A DNA stretch of 64,000 nucleotides from Microcoleus sp. Its GTDB lineage: Bacteria; Cyanobacteriota; Cyanobacteriia; Cyanobacteriales; Microcoleaceae. A program made the position numbers and the translations under genes. Numbering within the stretch: position 1 is the first letter of the stretch; each line of letters begins with the position of its first letter. Shown here piece by piece: positions 9,739 through 17,654 of this stretch. The stretch is from NCBI GenBank assembly GCA_052279835.1, contig CP181291.1:4640001-4704000 (forward strand). Reading direction: 5' to 3'. The notes below the pieces were generated by a model, which was not told the DNA's origin, did no database searches, and saw only the letters and a list, made by a program, of their open reading frames with translations.

Positions 9739-10302
9739 ATGCAGCCCAACGACGATCGCCCGTTGCAAGCCGTCCCTGACGATAACGAACTGCTGAAATT
9801 GGTAGATCGTCTAATCTTCGAGAAAACTGGGAAGCATCTTAACACGCTACAACGACTACTTTTTCAGGGAATGTATGATGGCAAAACCTACGAAACGATC
9901 GCCCGCGACACCCGCTACACTACAAAATACGTCCGAGAAGTCGGCTACAAGCTACTAAAAAATCTCTCCGCAGTGATGGATGAAGAGATGCAAAAAGGCA
10001 ATCTCAAAGCTGCGATCGATCGCCGAAATATCAGCAATACTTCAAACTTCGGTAGAGATTATATTCAATACGTCGAATACGTCCACACCCTCAACCTCAA
10101 CCCCTGTCTTTCTGGGCCTAGCAACTCCGACAAAGATCGCCCCACTGAATCCAGATCCAAAACTCAGATAGAACGGCTGGAAATTGATGTTGCTAATGTT
10201 GTTTGCAAATTGTACAGTCAAGGTATCGAACCATGCCAAATCGCTCAGTTGCTTGGTTTGCCGGATGCGATGATCGACAAAATATTGCGTGAATTATCGT
10301 AG
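9739..10302 (+). CDS. HTH protein resembling the N-terminal (vMAP-type) HTH of cyanobacterial NACHT/AAA proteins
   Basis: KHLNTLQRLLFQGMYDGKTYETIA...YVREVGYKLLKNLS...KGNLK; second HTH-like C-terminus. Confidence 0.6.
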   Translation: MQPNDDRPLQAVPDDNELLKLVDRLIFEKTGKHLNTLQRLLFQGMYDGKTYETIARDTRYTTKYVREVGYKLLKNLSAVMDEEMQKGNLKAAIDRRNISNTSNFGRDYIQYVEYVHTLNLNPCLSGPSNSDKDRPTESRSKTQIERLEIDVANVVCKLYSQGIEPCQIAQLLGLPDAMIDKILRELS

Positions 10303-10306
10303 CTCT

Positions 10307-10762
10307 GGAATATTACCTAACTCAGATACAAAGACTGCCAGCAAGTAAAATATGGCATAGTAGAGATATTCATTTCATAGCATCCCACCTATGACTGCCC
10401 AAATTACCCTAAACTTGTCCGATGAAGTCTATCGCCAAGCAGAATTACTAGCGCAGCAATGCCACCGCAGCGTTAGTGAAATTTTAGTAGAAACTCTAGA
10501 AAATTTTCTCTTACCAACCGCTAAACCAGTATCAGCATTGTCTGATTCGGAAGTAATCGCTTTAACTCAACTTCGCCTGCAACCAGTCCAAGAACAACGA
10601 TTGAGTGAATTACTAGAACACCAACAATGCGGTACAATTACTGATTTTGAACGTGAAGAATTGCAGGGATTAATTCATATTTATGAAGATAGACTGCTGC
10701 GACAAGCTCAAGCCTTGAATGAATCTGTGCGACGCGGCTTGCTAGAACCATTACAAGGATAA
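10307..10762 (+). repeat. ~460-bp direct repeat, copy 2
   Basis: Near-identical to 5922-6381 including upstream region. Confidence 0.9.
10391..10762 (+). CDS. putative antitoxin-like protein, copy 2
   Basis: 123-aa near-identical paralog of 6010-6381; followed by HNH remnant. Confidence 0.6.
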   Translation: MTAQITLNLSDEVYRQAELLAQQCHRSVSEILVETLENFLLPTAKPVSALSDSEVIALTQLRLQPVQEQRLSELLEHQQCGTITDFEREELQGLIHIYEDRLLRQAQALNESVRRGLLEPLQG

Positions 10763-10764
10763 GC

Positions 10765-10848
10765 ATGGCTATTTCCGAACAAGTCAAAGCCATAATTCGC
10801 GCACAAGCTCAAAACCGATGCGGTTATTGCCGTAGTTTACAACAGAAT
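10765..10848 (+). pseudogene. truncated HNH endonuclease (N-terminus only)
   Basis: MAISEQVKAIIRAQAQNRCGYCRSLQ matches HNH N-terminus (RCxYC); sequence switches to a repeat element at ~10849. Confidence 0.7.
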
Positions 10849-10940
10849 AATATCAAATCCGCGCTTCATCGAAATTATTCATCTCTCTCTTATCTCCCTC
10901 TGCGTTTCTCTGCGTCCTCTGCGGTTACAAATTCCGAATC
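10849..10940 (-). mobile_element. MITE-like element (ATATCAAATCCG end family), partial
   Basis: ATATCAAATCCG end and CTCTGCG repeats; reverse-complement relative of 17505-17609 and 45612-45717. Confidence 0.6.
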
Positions 10941-12368
10941 TGCCAGCAGCTCTAGATTCAGACAATTTAAGACACTGGATTTTATCGGACGCTTTTCATC
11001 CCAAAATACAATCGACGAATAAAACTTAATTGCAGCCGATGAATTCAAAAGCTCAAAAGTTTGACGTGCCACTCTCTCATCATCAAAGCTGAGAAAGTAA
11101 ACAGTATCATCAAAAACCACTGGTTTATCAGCTATTTCAGCGATTAACCTGAACTCCAATTTTTTATAAAGTCCACCGATCGCAATTTTCCAAGGTTTGA
11201 AGGTATAATTGCCTACTCCGAAAATAGAAAATCGAGGACTATTTTGATAAATCTTGCTTTTCCGATTATCTAGATATTGCCCGCAATACTCCAGATAACG
11301 CCAGGTTTTAGGAGCTATTTTTTGGATATCTTCAGTTGATTCCCCAATGAATTTTTGCGTAATTAGCATATAGCGATCGGTATCATTAATTCGATTTTGA
11401 GCAACACCAGATCCTTTGATTAGTGGAAACAGATAAGTTTCCTCAATATCGGCAACTTCTCCCAAGGTATTTACAAAATAATTGTCAACTTTCCGAAACT
11501 CCATCACACTGGAACAGTCATGCTTTACACCCGATCGCCATTTTGTCCCTGAATCCACCGCATATAGATCGCTCAATTTACTAAAAGCATCGATATCCTT
11601 AACCAGCAGATTGTTGTGATATCCGATTCGGTGACAGTGTGAACTTTCTAAACTGCTAAATACATCACAGAAATAGTTGCGCGAATGAGCGTCAAATTTG
11701 CAAACTAACAAACAAGCATCAACATTTGCATCAAAATATTTTTTAGCATCTATTGTGTAAGTTGCACAGTCAGCGAGATTGATTTTTTGAGAGTGAAGGT
11801 AATTCAATAACTTTCTAGCAGTGGAAGTCTTGCAAAGCATCGCCAGATCGGCATCGCGCTTTTGCAGCCATTGCACTACCTGAATCAGCATCGATTCTGA
11901 GATATCAAAGTTACTTTTACCCGTGATAGCATCTAAGCCGATGTGATTTTGAAAGTTGTTTTTTTTAGGTAAATTTTCGCTGCGAATAGTTCCTTGTTGC
12001 GAGTTTGTCACCCAAGGAAAGTTGCCGAGTACCAGCAGTCTATCAGTGCACTGGCTGACTAATGATTCCCAATCAAACTGAAAGAAATCTCCATGAAAGA
12101 TCTCGCATCTCTCATCCTGCAATAATTGCTGATTTAGTCTGACTTCTGTTAAGTAATTTGGATTGATTTCAACCCCGATAATCTTGTCTGCGGATGGAAA
12201 CGAACGTGCAGCAGCTTGAATAAAATTACCGACACCGCAGGTGGGTTCAATTATGGTGTTTGGATTGACATTAAGTTCTGCTAATTTTCGACATACCATC
12301 TCGGCTAATGCCGGCGGTGTCTGAAAATCGCCGTATTCTAGTCTTGTTTTGCGATCGCTAGAACTCAT
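10890..12368 (-). CDS. SAM-dependent amino (probably N6-adenine) DNA methyltransferase, orphan
   Basis: YGDFQTP motif X, EPTCGVGNF motif I, LGNFPW motif IV variant. Confidence 0.8.
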   Translation of the reverse strand: MSSSDRKTRLEYGDFQTPPALAEMVCRKLAELNVNPNTIIEPTCGVGNFIQAAARSFPSADKIIGVEINPNYLTEVRLNQQLLQDERCEIFHGDFFQFDWESLVSQCTDRLLVLGNFPWVTNSQQGTIRSENLPKKNNFQNHIGLDAITGKSNFDISESMLIQVVQWLQKRDADLAMLCKTSTARKLLNYLHSQKINLADCATYTIDAKKYFDANVDACLLVCKFDAHSRNYFCDVFSSLESSHCHRIGYHNNLLVKDIDAFSKLSDLYAVDSGTKWRSGVKHDCSSVMEFRKVDNYFVNTLGEVADIEETYLFPLIKGSGVAQNRINDTDRYMLITQKFIGESTEDIQKIAPKTWRYLEYCGQYLDNRKSKIYQNSPRFSIFGVGNYTFKPWKIAIGGLYKKLEFRLIAEIADKPVVFDDTVYFLSFDDERVARQTFELLNSSAAIKFYSSIVFWDEKRPIKSSVLNCLNLELLADSEFVTAEDAEKRRGR

Positions 12369-12436
12369 CGGTTAGATTTATAAACTGCGATCGCGCCTTT
12401 ATTGCCTTTGCTATCTCTCCAATCAGCACCAGAATC

Positions 12437-12889
12437 TCAACTGAGATTGATGTTTCGCCATAAATCGGCGATCGCAAACCTAGAAAGATGACCAACATTT
12501 GTTGTCGCGATTACAACATCCACAACATCAAGAGTCGTCGCCTGTGCTGCCAAAATCATATCGCTGTCAATCGTCTTATCACCTGCTGTCGGTTGTCCTT
12601 GCTGACGAGCTTGTGCCCAAAACATCGCAGCTTGTCGCATAGCAGCAGTTGTAATGGGTAAATACTCGATCGAGTTGGCTAATTCATCTAATCGAGCAAT
12701 ACCCCTTACCTTGTTTGCCCGCAGCAACTCTCGGCGAACTTCATAATCGGCTATTTCGGGAATAATCACTCGAATATCGGATATAATAAGTGCTTGCAAC
12801 CAGCGAGTACAAAGAGTGCTTTCAGGAGATAGCTTTGGATTCGTAACTAAACCAATTGGTCCTGCATCCAGCAAAACGACTCTGCTCAC
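12437..12889 (-). CDS. PIN-domain (VapC-like) toxin
   Basis: VVLLDAGP, EIADYEVRRELL, IDSDMILAAQA, IATTNVGH; GTG start at 12889 overlaps upstream TGA. Confidence 0.85.
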   Translation of the reverse strand: MSRVVLLDAGPIGLVTNPKLSPESTLCTRWLQALIISDIRVIIPEIADYEVRRELLRANKVRGIARLDELANSIEYLPITTAAMRQAAMFWAQARQQGQPTAGDKTIDSDMILAAQATTLDVVDVVIATTNVGHLSRFAIADLWRNINLS

Positions 12890-13170
12890 CAAGTTACACC
12901 TTTTAATTCAATAGGAAATAGCTTGCGTTCAGATAAACGATCTTCGTCAAGAGCATGAATCAGATACTCACCTGTTTCTTGCTGCTCTTCGGCATCTTCT
13001 TCATCCCTCCAAGACTGAAGCAGATTAACCAATTTTACCTGCTTTTATTTTCGCAGAATATATTCTATCAGCAGTTGCAGAGTGTATGCTTCTGTCGAAA
13101 GCCCTTGCTCTTGAGCTCTTTGTGTTAAGTATTGCTCTATTTCTGGTGTCAGGCTGAGGGTGAGTGTCAT
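12886..13170 (-). pseudogene. cognate antitoxin with in-frame stop
   Basis: MTLTLSLTPEIEQYLTQRAQEQGLS...ILRK*KQVKLVNLLQSWRDEEDAEEQQETGEYLIHALDEDRLSERKLFP...VTW; TAA at 13047-13045. Confidence 0.75.
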
Positions 13171-13428
13171 AGGTGTTTTTATAGCTATACTTTTATATTT
13201 TACAACCTACTAGGCTAAACTGACGATCGATCGCTCACTTGGGAGCATTGACGTAGAAACTTCGATCTGTTTCAATTATCTGACGCAAAAAGCCTTGCGC
13301 TTGTCGCCAGGAGAGCTTCAATATCATTAATGAGTTGGCGACTTGGGTTTGAGGTCATGCGGAGATATTAGAATTATTAGACTAAGAATATCACAAAACA
13401 TCGCCCTACAGCAATAGATAAAAAAATA

Positions 13429-13491
13429 GAGGGCGGGTTTTGCATAAAACTTGACTGCAAAAGTCAAATTTTATGCTCTAAACCCGCCCTC
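13429..13491. terminator. long hairpin/REP downstream of ndhJ
   Basis: GAGGGCGGGTTT-GCATAAAA..TTTTATGC-AAACCCGCCCTC. Confidence 0.55.
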
Positions 13492-13502
13492 ACAAAACTC
13501 CC

Positions 13503-14006
13503 TTAATAAGCGTCTTGCAACTCGTAGAAATCCGGGGAAATGTAATCTTTCCGCAGCGGCCAGCCTACCCAATCTTCGTTCATCAAAATCCGTTTCAGAT
13601 TCGGATGTCCTTCGTAGACAATGCCGTACATATCGTAGGATTCCCGTTCTTGGAAGTCGGCTGCTTTCCAAATCCAGTAGACTGATGGCACTCTCGGATC
13701 GTCGCGGGGAATGAATACTTTGACGCGGACTTCTTCAGGCTTGACAACATTATCTGTCAGCTTTGCCAAGTGGTAAACGCTGACTAAATCTTGTCCAGGG
13801 CCTTGGTCGTAGGCGCACTGGCACTGCATATAATTGAACCCGTAGGCGTACAGTGCTGTTGACATGGGAATTAAGAAGTCGCGATCGACCTTTAATATCT
13901 CCACACCCAAATGATCGGCCGCTAAAGCTTCGTGCTCAAAGCCATTCTGAGTCAACCACTGGGAAACCTTCCCAGCTTCAACAATTGAGGTTTCTGTCTC
14001 AGCCAC
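13503..14006 (-). CDS. ndhJ: NAD(P)H-quinone oxidoreductase subunit J
   Basis: [23 protein letters not shown]...[10 protein letters not shown]...GWPLRKDY. Confidence 0.97.
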   Translation of the reverse strand: MAETETSIVEAGKVSQWLTQNGFEHEALAADHLGVEILKVDRDFLIPMSTALYAYGFNYMQCQCAYDQGPGQDLVSVYHLAKLTDNVVKPEEVRVKVFIPRDDPRVPSVYWIWKAADFQERESYDMYGIVYEGHPNLKRILMNEDWVGWPLRKDYISPDFYELQDAY

Positions 14007-14724
14007 GGTTTACCTCCTGTGTTTGTGATGCAAGCAGGGCTGGTGGTACGGGCATTCCCATAGCTTCCGTCAATTCCTTTGGTGGTGCCATCCGGCCGGG
14101 AATTGACAAATATTTGCCATCCAAAATGTCGTCTACTACTTTCATTTTGTGGGGTCTGGTGTAGTAGCGGTGGGTTGGGAGCAAGTTGCCACGTTCTTGC
14201 ATCGAATCGTTGGCGATTTTTTTCCGCAGTTTGATGATTGCGTCAATAATCGCTTCTGGACGCGGGGGACATCCTGGTATGTACACGTCTACGGGAATCA
14301 GTTTGTCAACGCCTCTGACTGCTGTGGGGGAGTCTACGCTGAACATTCCGCCGGTGATCGTGCACGCGCCCATGGCGATCACGTATTTGGGTTCGGGCAT
14401 TTGTTCGTACAGCCGCACCAAGATGGGGGCGTACTTCATGGTGATCGTGCCGGCGGTGATTAGCAAGTCGGCTTGTCGTGGGCTCGATCGCGGTACTAGG
14501 CCAAATCGATCGAAGTCAAAGCGCGATCCGATCAAAGCTGCAAATTCGATAAAGCAGCAAGCCGTACCGTACAGCAGCGGCCACAGGCTGGAAAGTCTCG
14601 CCCAGTTGTAGAGGTCATCAACCGTAGTTAGGATGACATTCTCTGATAATTCGGAGGTGACTTCCGGCCGACTCGCGGGGTTGACAATTAGAGGTTTTTG
14701 TGATTTGTCAGAACTTAAGACCAT
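13999..14724 (-). CDS. ndhK: NAD(P)H-quinone oxidoreductase subunit K
   Basis: [27 protein letters not shown]; start placed at ATG 14724. Confidence 0.97.
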   Translation of the reverse strand: MVLSSDKSQKPLIVNPASRPEVTSELSENVILTTVDDLYNWARLSSLWPLLYGTACCFIEFAALIGSRFDFDRFGLVPRSSPRQADLLITAGTITMKYAPILVRLYEQMPEPKYVIAMGACTITGGMFSVDSPTAVRGVDKLIPVDVYIPGCPPRPEAIIDAIIKLRKKIANDSMQERGNLLPTHRYYTRPHKMKVVDDILDGKYLSIPGRMAPPKELTEAMGMPVPPALLASQTQEVNRG

Positions 14725-15077
14725 TCCAAGGCTCCTTTGCGCCATGCATAGACAAGAGCAATAACGAGGATCGTGATAAAAAACAGGGCTTCGATAAAAG
14801 CCAACAGTCCTAGCTGGTTGAAAGCAACCGCCCAAGGATAGAGGAAGACGGTCTCTACATCAAAGATGACGAAGACCAGGGCGAACATATAATATCGGAT
14901 GTTGAACTGAATCCAGGCTCCGCCGATCGGCTCGACGCCAGATTCGTAGGTGGTCCGTCGGTCGTAGGGACGACTTTTGGGGCGCAGTACCTTCGCCGCC
15001 GTGAGGGCGAGGATAGGGACTAGGCTGGAAATTAACAGGAAGCCTAAGAAATACTCGTAGCCGCTAAGTGCAAACAC
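14715..15077 (-). CDS. ndhC: NAD(P)H-quinone oxidoreductase subunit 3
   Basis: [41 protein letters not shown]. Confidence 0.97.
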   Translation of the reverse strand: MFALSGYEYFLGFLLISSLVPILALTAAKVLRPKSRPYDRRTTYESGVEPIGGAWIQFNIRYYMFALVFVIFDVETVFLYPWAVAFNQLGLLAFIEALFFITILVIALVYAWRKGALEWS

Positions 15078-15238
15078 GGTGAATAATTACTGCCTCTGTG
15101 AAAGGGTTCTGTAACTTGTCTTTACATTATATAGATTCTGGGTAGCTAAAATTACGAGTTAGTTGAGATTAATCGCCCGTGTTCTGCAATAATTTTTAAT
15201 GTATATTTTAAGATTAGCTAGCCTATTCTTTTCGATCT

Positions 15239-15574
15239 ATGAGCGATCAAGCCACTGAGACTAAAAACCTCGATCGGCACGAGTGCCGAGCCTGCGGCTA
15301 CGTCTACAATCCTAAAAAAGGCGATCCTAAAAATGCAATTGCCCCCGGCACTGCTTTTACAGATGTGACCCCGACTTGGGTGTGTCCGGTTTGCGGGGCG
15401 CGCAAGTCGATGTTTCAAAATCTCGGTCAGATGGAAGGAGCGTCTGGATTTAAGGAAAATCAGCGCTACGGCGTCGGCGTCAATGGCATGACCGAAGGTC
15501 AGAAAAGTTTACTGATTTTTGGCGGCTTGGTCGTTGGTTTCTTGTTTTTACTTAGTATGTATGGTTTGCAGTAA
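15239..15574 (+). CDS. rubA: membrane-anchored rubredoxin
   Basis: CRACGYVY and WVCPVCG, C-terminal TM; conserved position before ycf48. Confidence 0.95.
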   Translation: MSDQATETKNLDRHECRACGYVYNPKKGDPKNAIAPGTAFTDVTPTWVCPVCGARKSMFQNLGQMEGASGFKENQRYGVGVNGMTEGQKSLLIFGGLVVGFLFLLSMYGLQ

Positions 15575-15581
15575 GACGATT

Positions 15582-16574
15582 GTGAGATTTTGGCAACGAA
15601 TTGTAATTTTATTGAGTGCGGCACTCATCTGTGCCAGTTGCAGCACCATTGGTTCTGTGAGTTACAACCCTTGGCAGGTAATTTCCTTGCCGACAGAAGC
15701 TAATTTGCAGGATATTGCCTTTGCCGACAATGCTCTGCACGGCTGGGTTGTCGGTTCTGAGGCGACTCTGTTTGAAACTGTTGACGGCGGTTCTAATTGG
15801 AAACCGATCGCCCTGGATATCGATGATACCAGGTCGCGTTTTTCCTCGGTGAGTTTTTCGGGTTCCGAAGGCTGGATAGTCGGTCAGCCTTCTGTTTTGC
15901 TCCACACAGATGATGAGGGCAAATCCTGGACTCGGATTGCTTTGAGTTCTCAGTTACCCGGTTCTCCCAGTACCATCGTCGCCCAAGGTCCAAACTCGGC
16001 AGAAATGACCACGGATGTGGGGGCGATTTACCGGACGAATGACGGTGGCAAAAATTGGAAAGCTGTGGTTAAAGATTCCTTTGGAGTCGTTCGCAATATC
16101 AACCGTTCTGAAGACGGGCAGTATGTTGCAGTCTCCTCCAAGGGCAATTTCTATTCGGTGTGGAAACCAGGACAGAATACTTGGGAACCTCACAACCGCA
16201 ATAGTTCTCGTCGCTTGCAAAATATGGGCTTTACCAAGGATGGGCGTTTGTGGATGCTCGCCCGTGGTGGTCAAATTCAGTTTAGTGACCCGTCAAATCC
16301 TGAAGGTTGGGGAAAACCGTTTTTTCCCGATCGCAAAGCGAGTTGGGGTTTACTAGATATGGCTTACCGGACTGATAATGAAGTTTGGGTAGCCGGCGGC
16401 GGCGGCAATTTGCTGTGCAGTTTGGATGGCGGGAAAACTTGGCAAAAAGACCGCGAAGTAGAAGATGTTCCTGCTAATTTTTACAGGATTGTCTTTATGG
16501 GCCCAGAACGCGGATTTGTAATCGGCGCGAACGGTACTCTACTTAAATATCAAGGTTCCGCGCAAGCTGCTTGA
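15582..16574 (+). CDS. ycf48: PSII assembly factor Ycf48/HCF136
   Basis: Lipoprotein-like signal, BNR repeats, VSSKGNFY, RRLQNMGF; upstream of psbE. Confidence 0.95.
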   Translation: MRFWQRIVILLSAALICASCSTIGSVSYNPWQVISLPTEANLQDIAFADNALHGWVVGSEATLFETVDGGSNWKPIALDIDDTRSRFSSVSFSGSEGWIVGQPSVLLHTDDEGKSWTRIALSSQLPGSPSTIVAQGPNSAEMTTDVGAIYRTNDGGKNWKAVVKDSFGVVRNINRSEDGQYVAVSSKGNFYSVWKPGQNTWEPHNRNSSRRLQNMGFTKDGRLWMLARGGQIQFSDPSNPEGWGKPFFPDRKASWGLLDMAYRTDNEVWVAGGGGNLLCSLDGGKTWQKDREVEDVPANFYRIVFMGPERGFVIGANGTLLKYQGSAQAA

Positions 16575-16627
16575 TAGTAGAATAGTGATAGAGATTGTCT
16601 GTCGATTTGTTGAAAGGAGAATTTGAG

Positions 16628-16876
16628 ATGGCCGGTACAACTGGAGAACGTCCCTTTGGTGACATTATTACAAGTATCCGTTATTGGGTAATTCACAGCA
16701 TCACCATTCCAGCTTTGTTTATTGCTGGATGGCTGTTTGTGCAGACTGGTTTGGCCTATGATGCTTTTGGCACTCCTCGCCCTAACCAGTATTTCACCCC
16801 GCAACGGGAAGAAGTGCCGATTATTTCGGATCGCTTTGAAGCTAAGAAACAAGTAGATCAGTTCATTGCCAAGTAA
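16628..16876 (+). CDS. psbE: cytochrome b559 alpha
   Basis: [31 protein letters not shown]. Confidence 0.98.
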   Translation: MAGTTGERPFGDIITSIRYWVIHSITIPALFIAGWLFVQTGLAYDAFGTPRPNQYFTPQREEVPIISDRFEAKKQVDQFIAK

Positions 16877-16897
16877 TTTAACAAGGAGTTAGAAAAA

Positions 16898-17035
16898 ATG
16901 ACTGGCAGAACCCCAAACAATGAGCCGATTTCCTATCCGATTTTTACGGTGCGGTGGTTGGCAGTTCATACTTTAGGTGTCCCAACTCTTTTCTTTTTGG
17001 GCGCGATCGCAGCAATGCAATTTATTCAACGATAG
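16898..17035 (+). CDS. psbF: cytochrome b559 beta
   Basis: Manual translation: [33 protein letters not shown]. Confidence 0.97.
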   Translation: MTGRTPNNEPISYPIFTVRWLAVHTLGVPTLFFLGAIAAMQFIQR

Positions 17036-17048
17036 ATAGGAGTTTACA

Positions 17049-17171
17049 ATGCCTGAGCGCGTTCCTAATCCCAATGAGCAGCCTGTTGAATTAAACCGGA
17101 CTTCTCTTTATTTGGGTTTGTTGCTGATTTTTGTTTTAGGTATTTTGTTTTCCAGTTATTTCTTTAACTAA
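17049..17171 (+). CDS. psbL: PSII protein L
   Basis: Manual translation: [34 protein letters not shown]. Confidence 0.97.
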   Translation: MPERVPNPNEQPVELNRTSLYLGLLLIFVLGILFSSYFFN

Positions 17172-17307
17172 CTGGTCTTTGAATTTGATGTCGATTAAAG
17201 GCAGTTTGACAAAGCCTGTAAGAATTACCATTTGGTAGTTTCTTGATAATCCCTGCTCCCAAAAGCCGGGAAGCGTCAATTAGTTGTGAATTAGTGAGGT
17301 TATGGCT

Positions 17308-17427
17308 ATGTCTAGTGGTGGCAGAATTCCTTTGTGGCTAGTAGCTACTGTAGCTGGCCTCGGTGCTCTAAGCATTTTGGCTCTTTTCTTCTACGGTGCT
17401 TATGCCGGTTTAGGTTCTTCGATGTAA
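17308..17427 (+). CDS. psbJ: PSII protein J
   Basis: Manual translation: [13 protein letters not shown]...[13 protein letters not shown]. Confidence 0.97.
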   Translation: MSSGGRIPLWLVATVAGLGALSILALFFYGAYAGLGSSM

Positions 17428-17454
17428 GGAGAATCCGACGTACTTTATGCGTCT

Positions 17455-17485
17455 AACCCCCCTTGTTTAAGCAAGGGGGGTTTTA
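17455..17485 (+). terminator. rho-independent terminator of psbEFLJ
   Basis: AACCCCCCTTG-TTTAAG-CAAGGGGGGTT followed by T-run. Confidence 0.75.
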
Positions 17486-17504
17486 TTTATCAAAAAATTG
17501 GGTA

Positions 17505-17609
17505 ATATTAATTCCGGTTTTATCGGAATTATTAAACCACAGAGGACATAGAGGACACAGAGAAAGAGAAGAGAGAAATAATAATTCCGATGTCAACGGA
17601 TTTGATATA
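17505..17609 (+). mobile_element. MITE-like element (ATAT(C/T)AA(A/T)TCCG ends)
   Basis: ATATTAATTCCG ... CGGATTTGATAT imperfect terminal inverted repeats with ACAGAGG repeats. Confidence 0.6.
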
Positions 17610-17654
17610 AAAACCCCGTTTTTCAATAGGGCTTTCCCTCTATCATTGTCGATA

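Noticed and set aside
10765..11022. 85-aa ORF as an intact gene
   Set aside because: Only the first ~28 codons are HNH-like; the rest is MITE and antisense methyltransferase sequence
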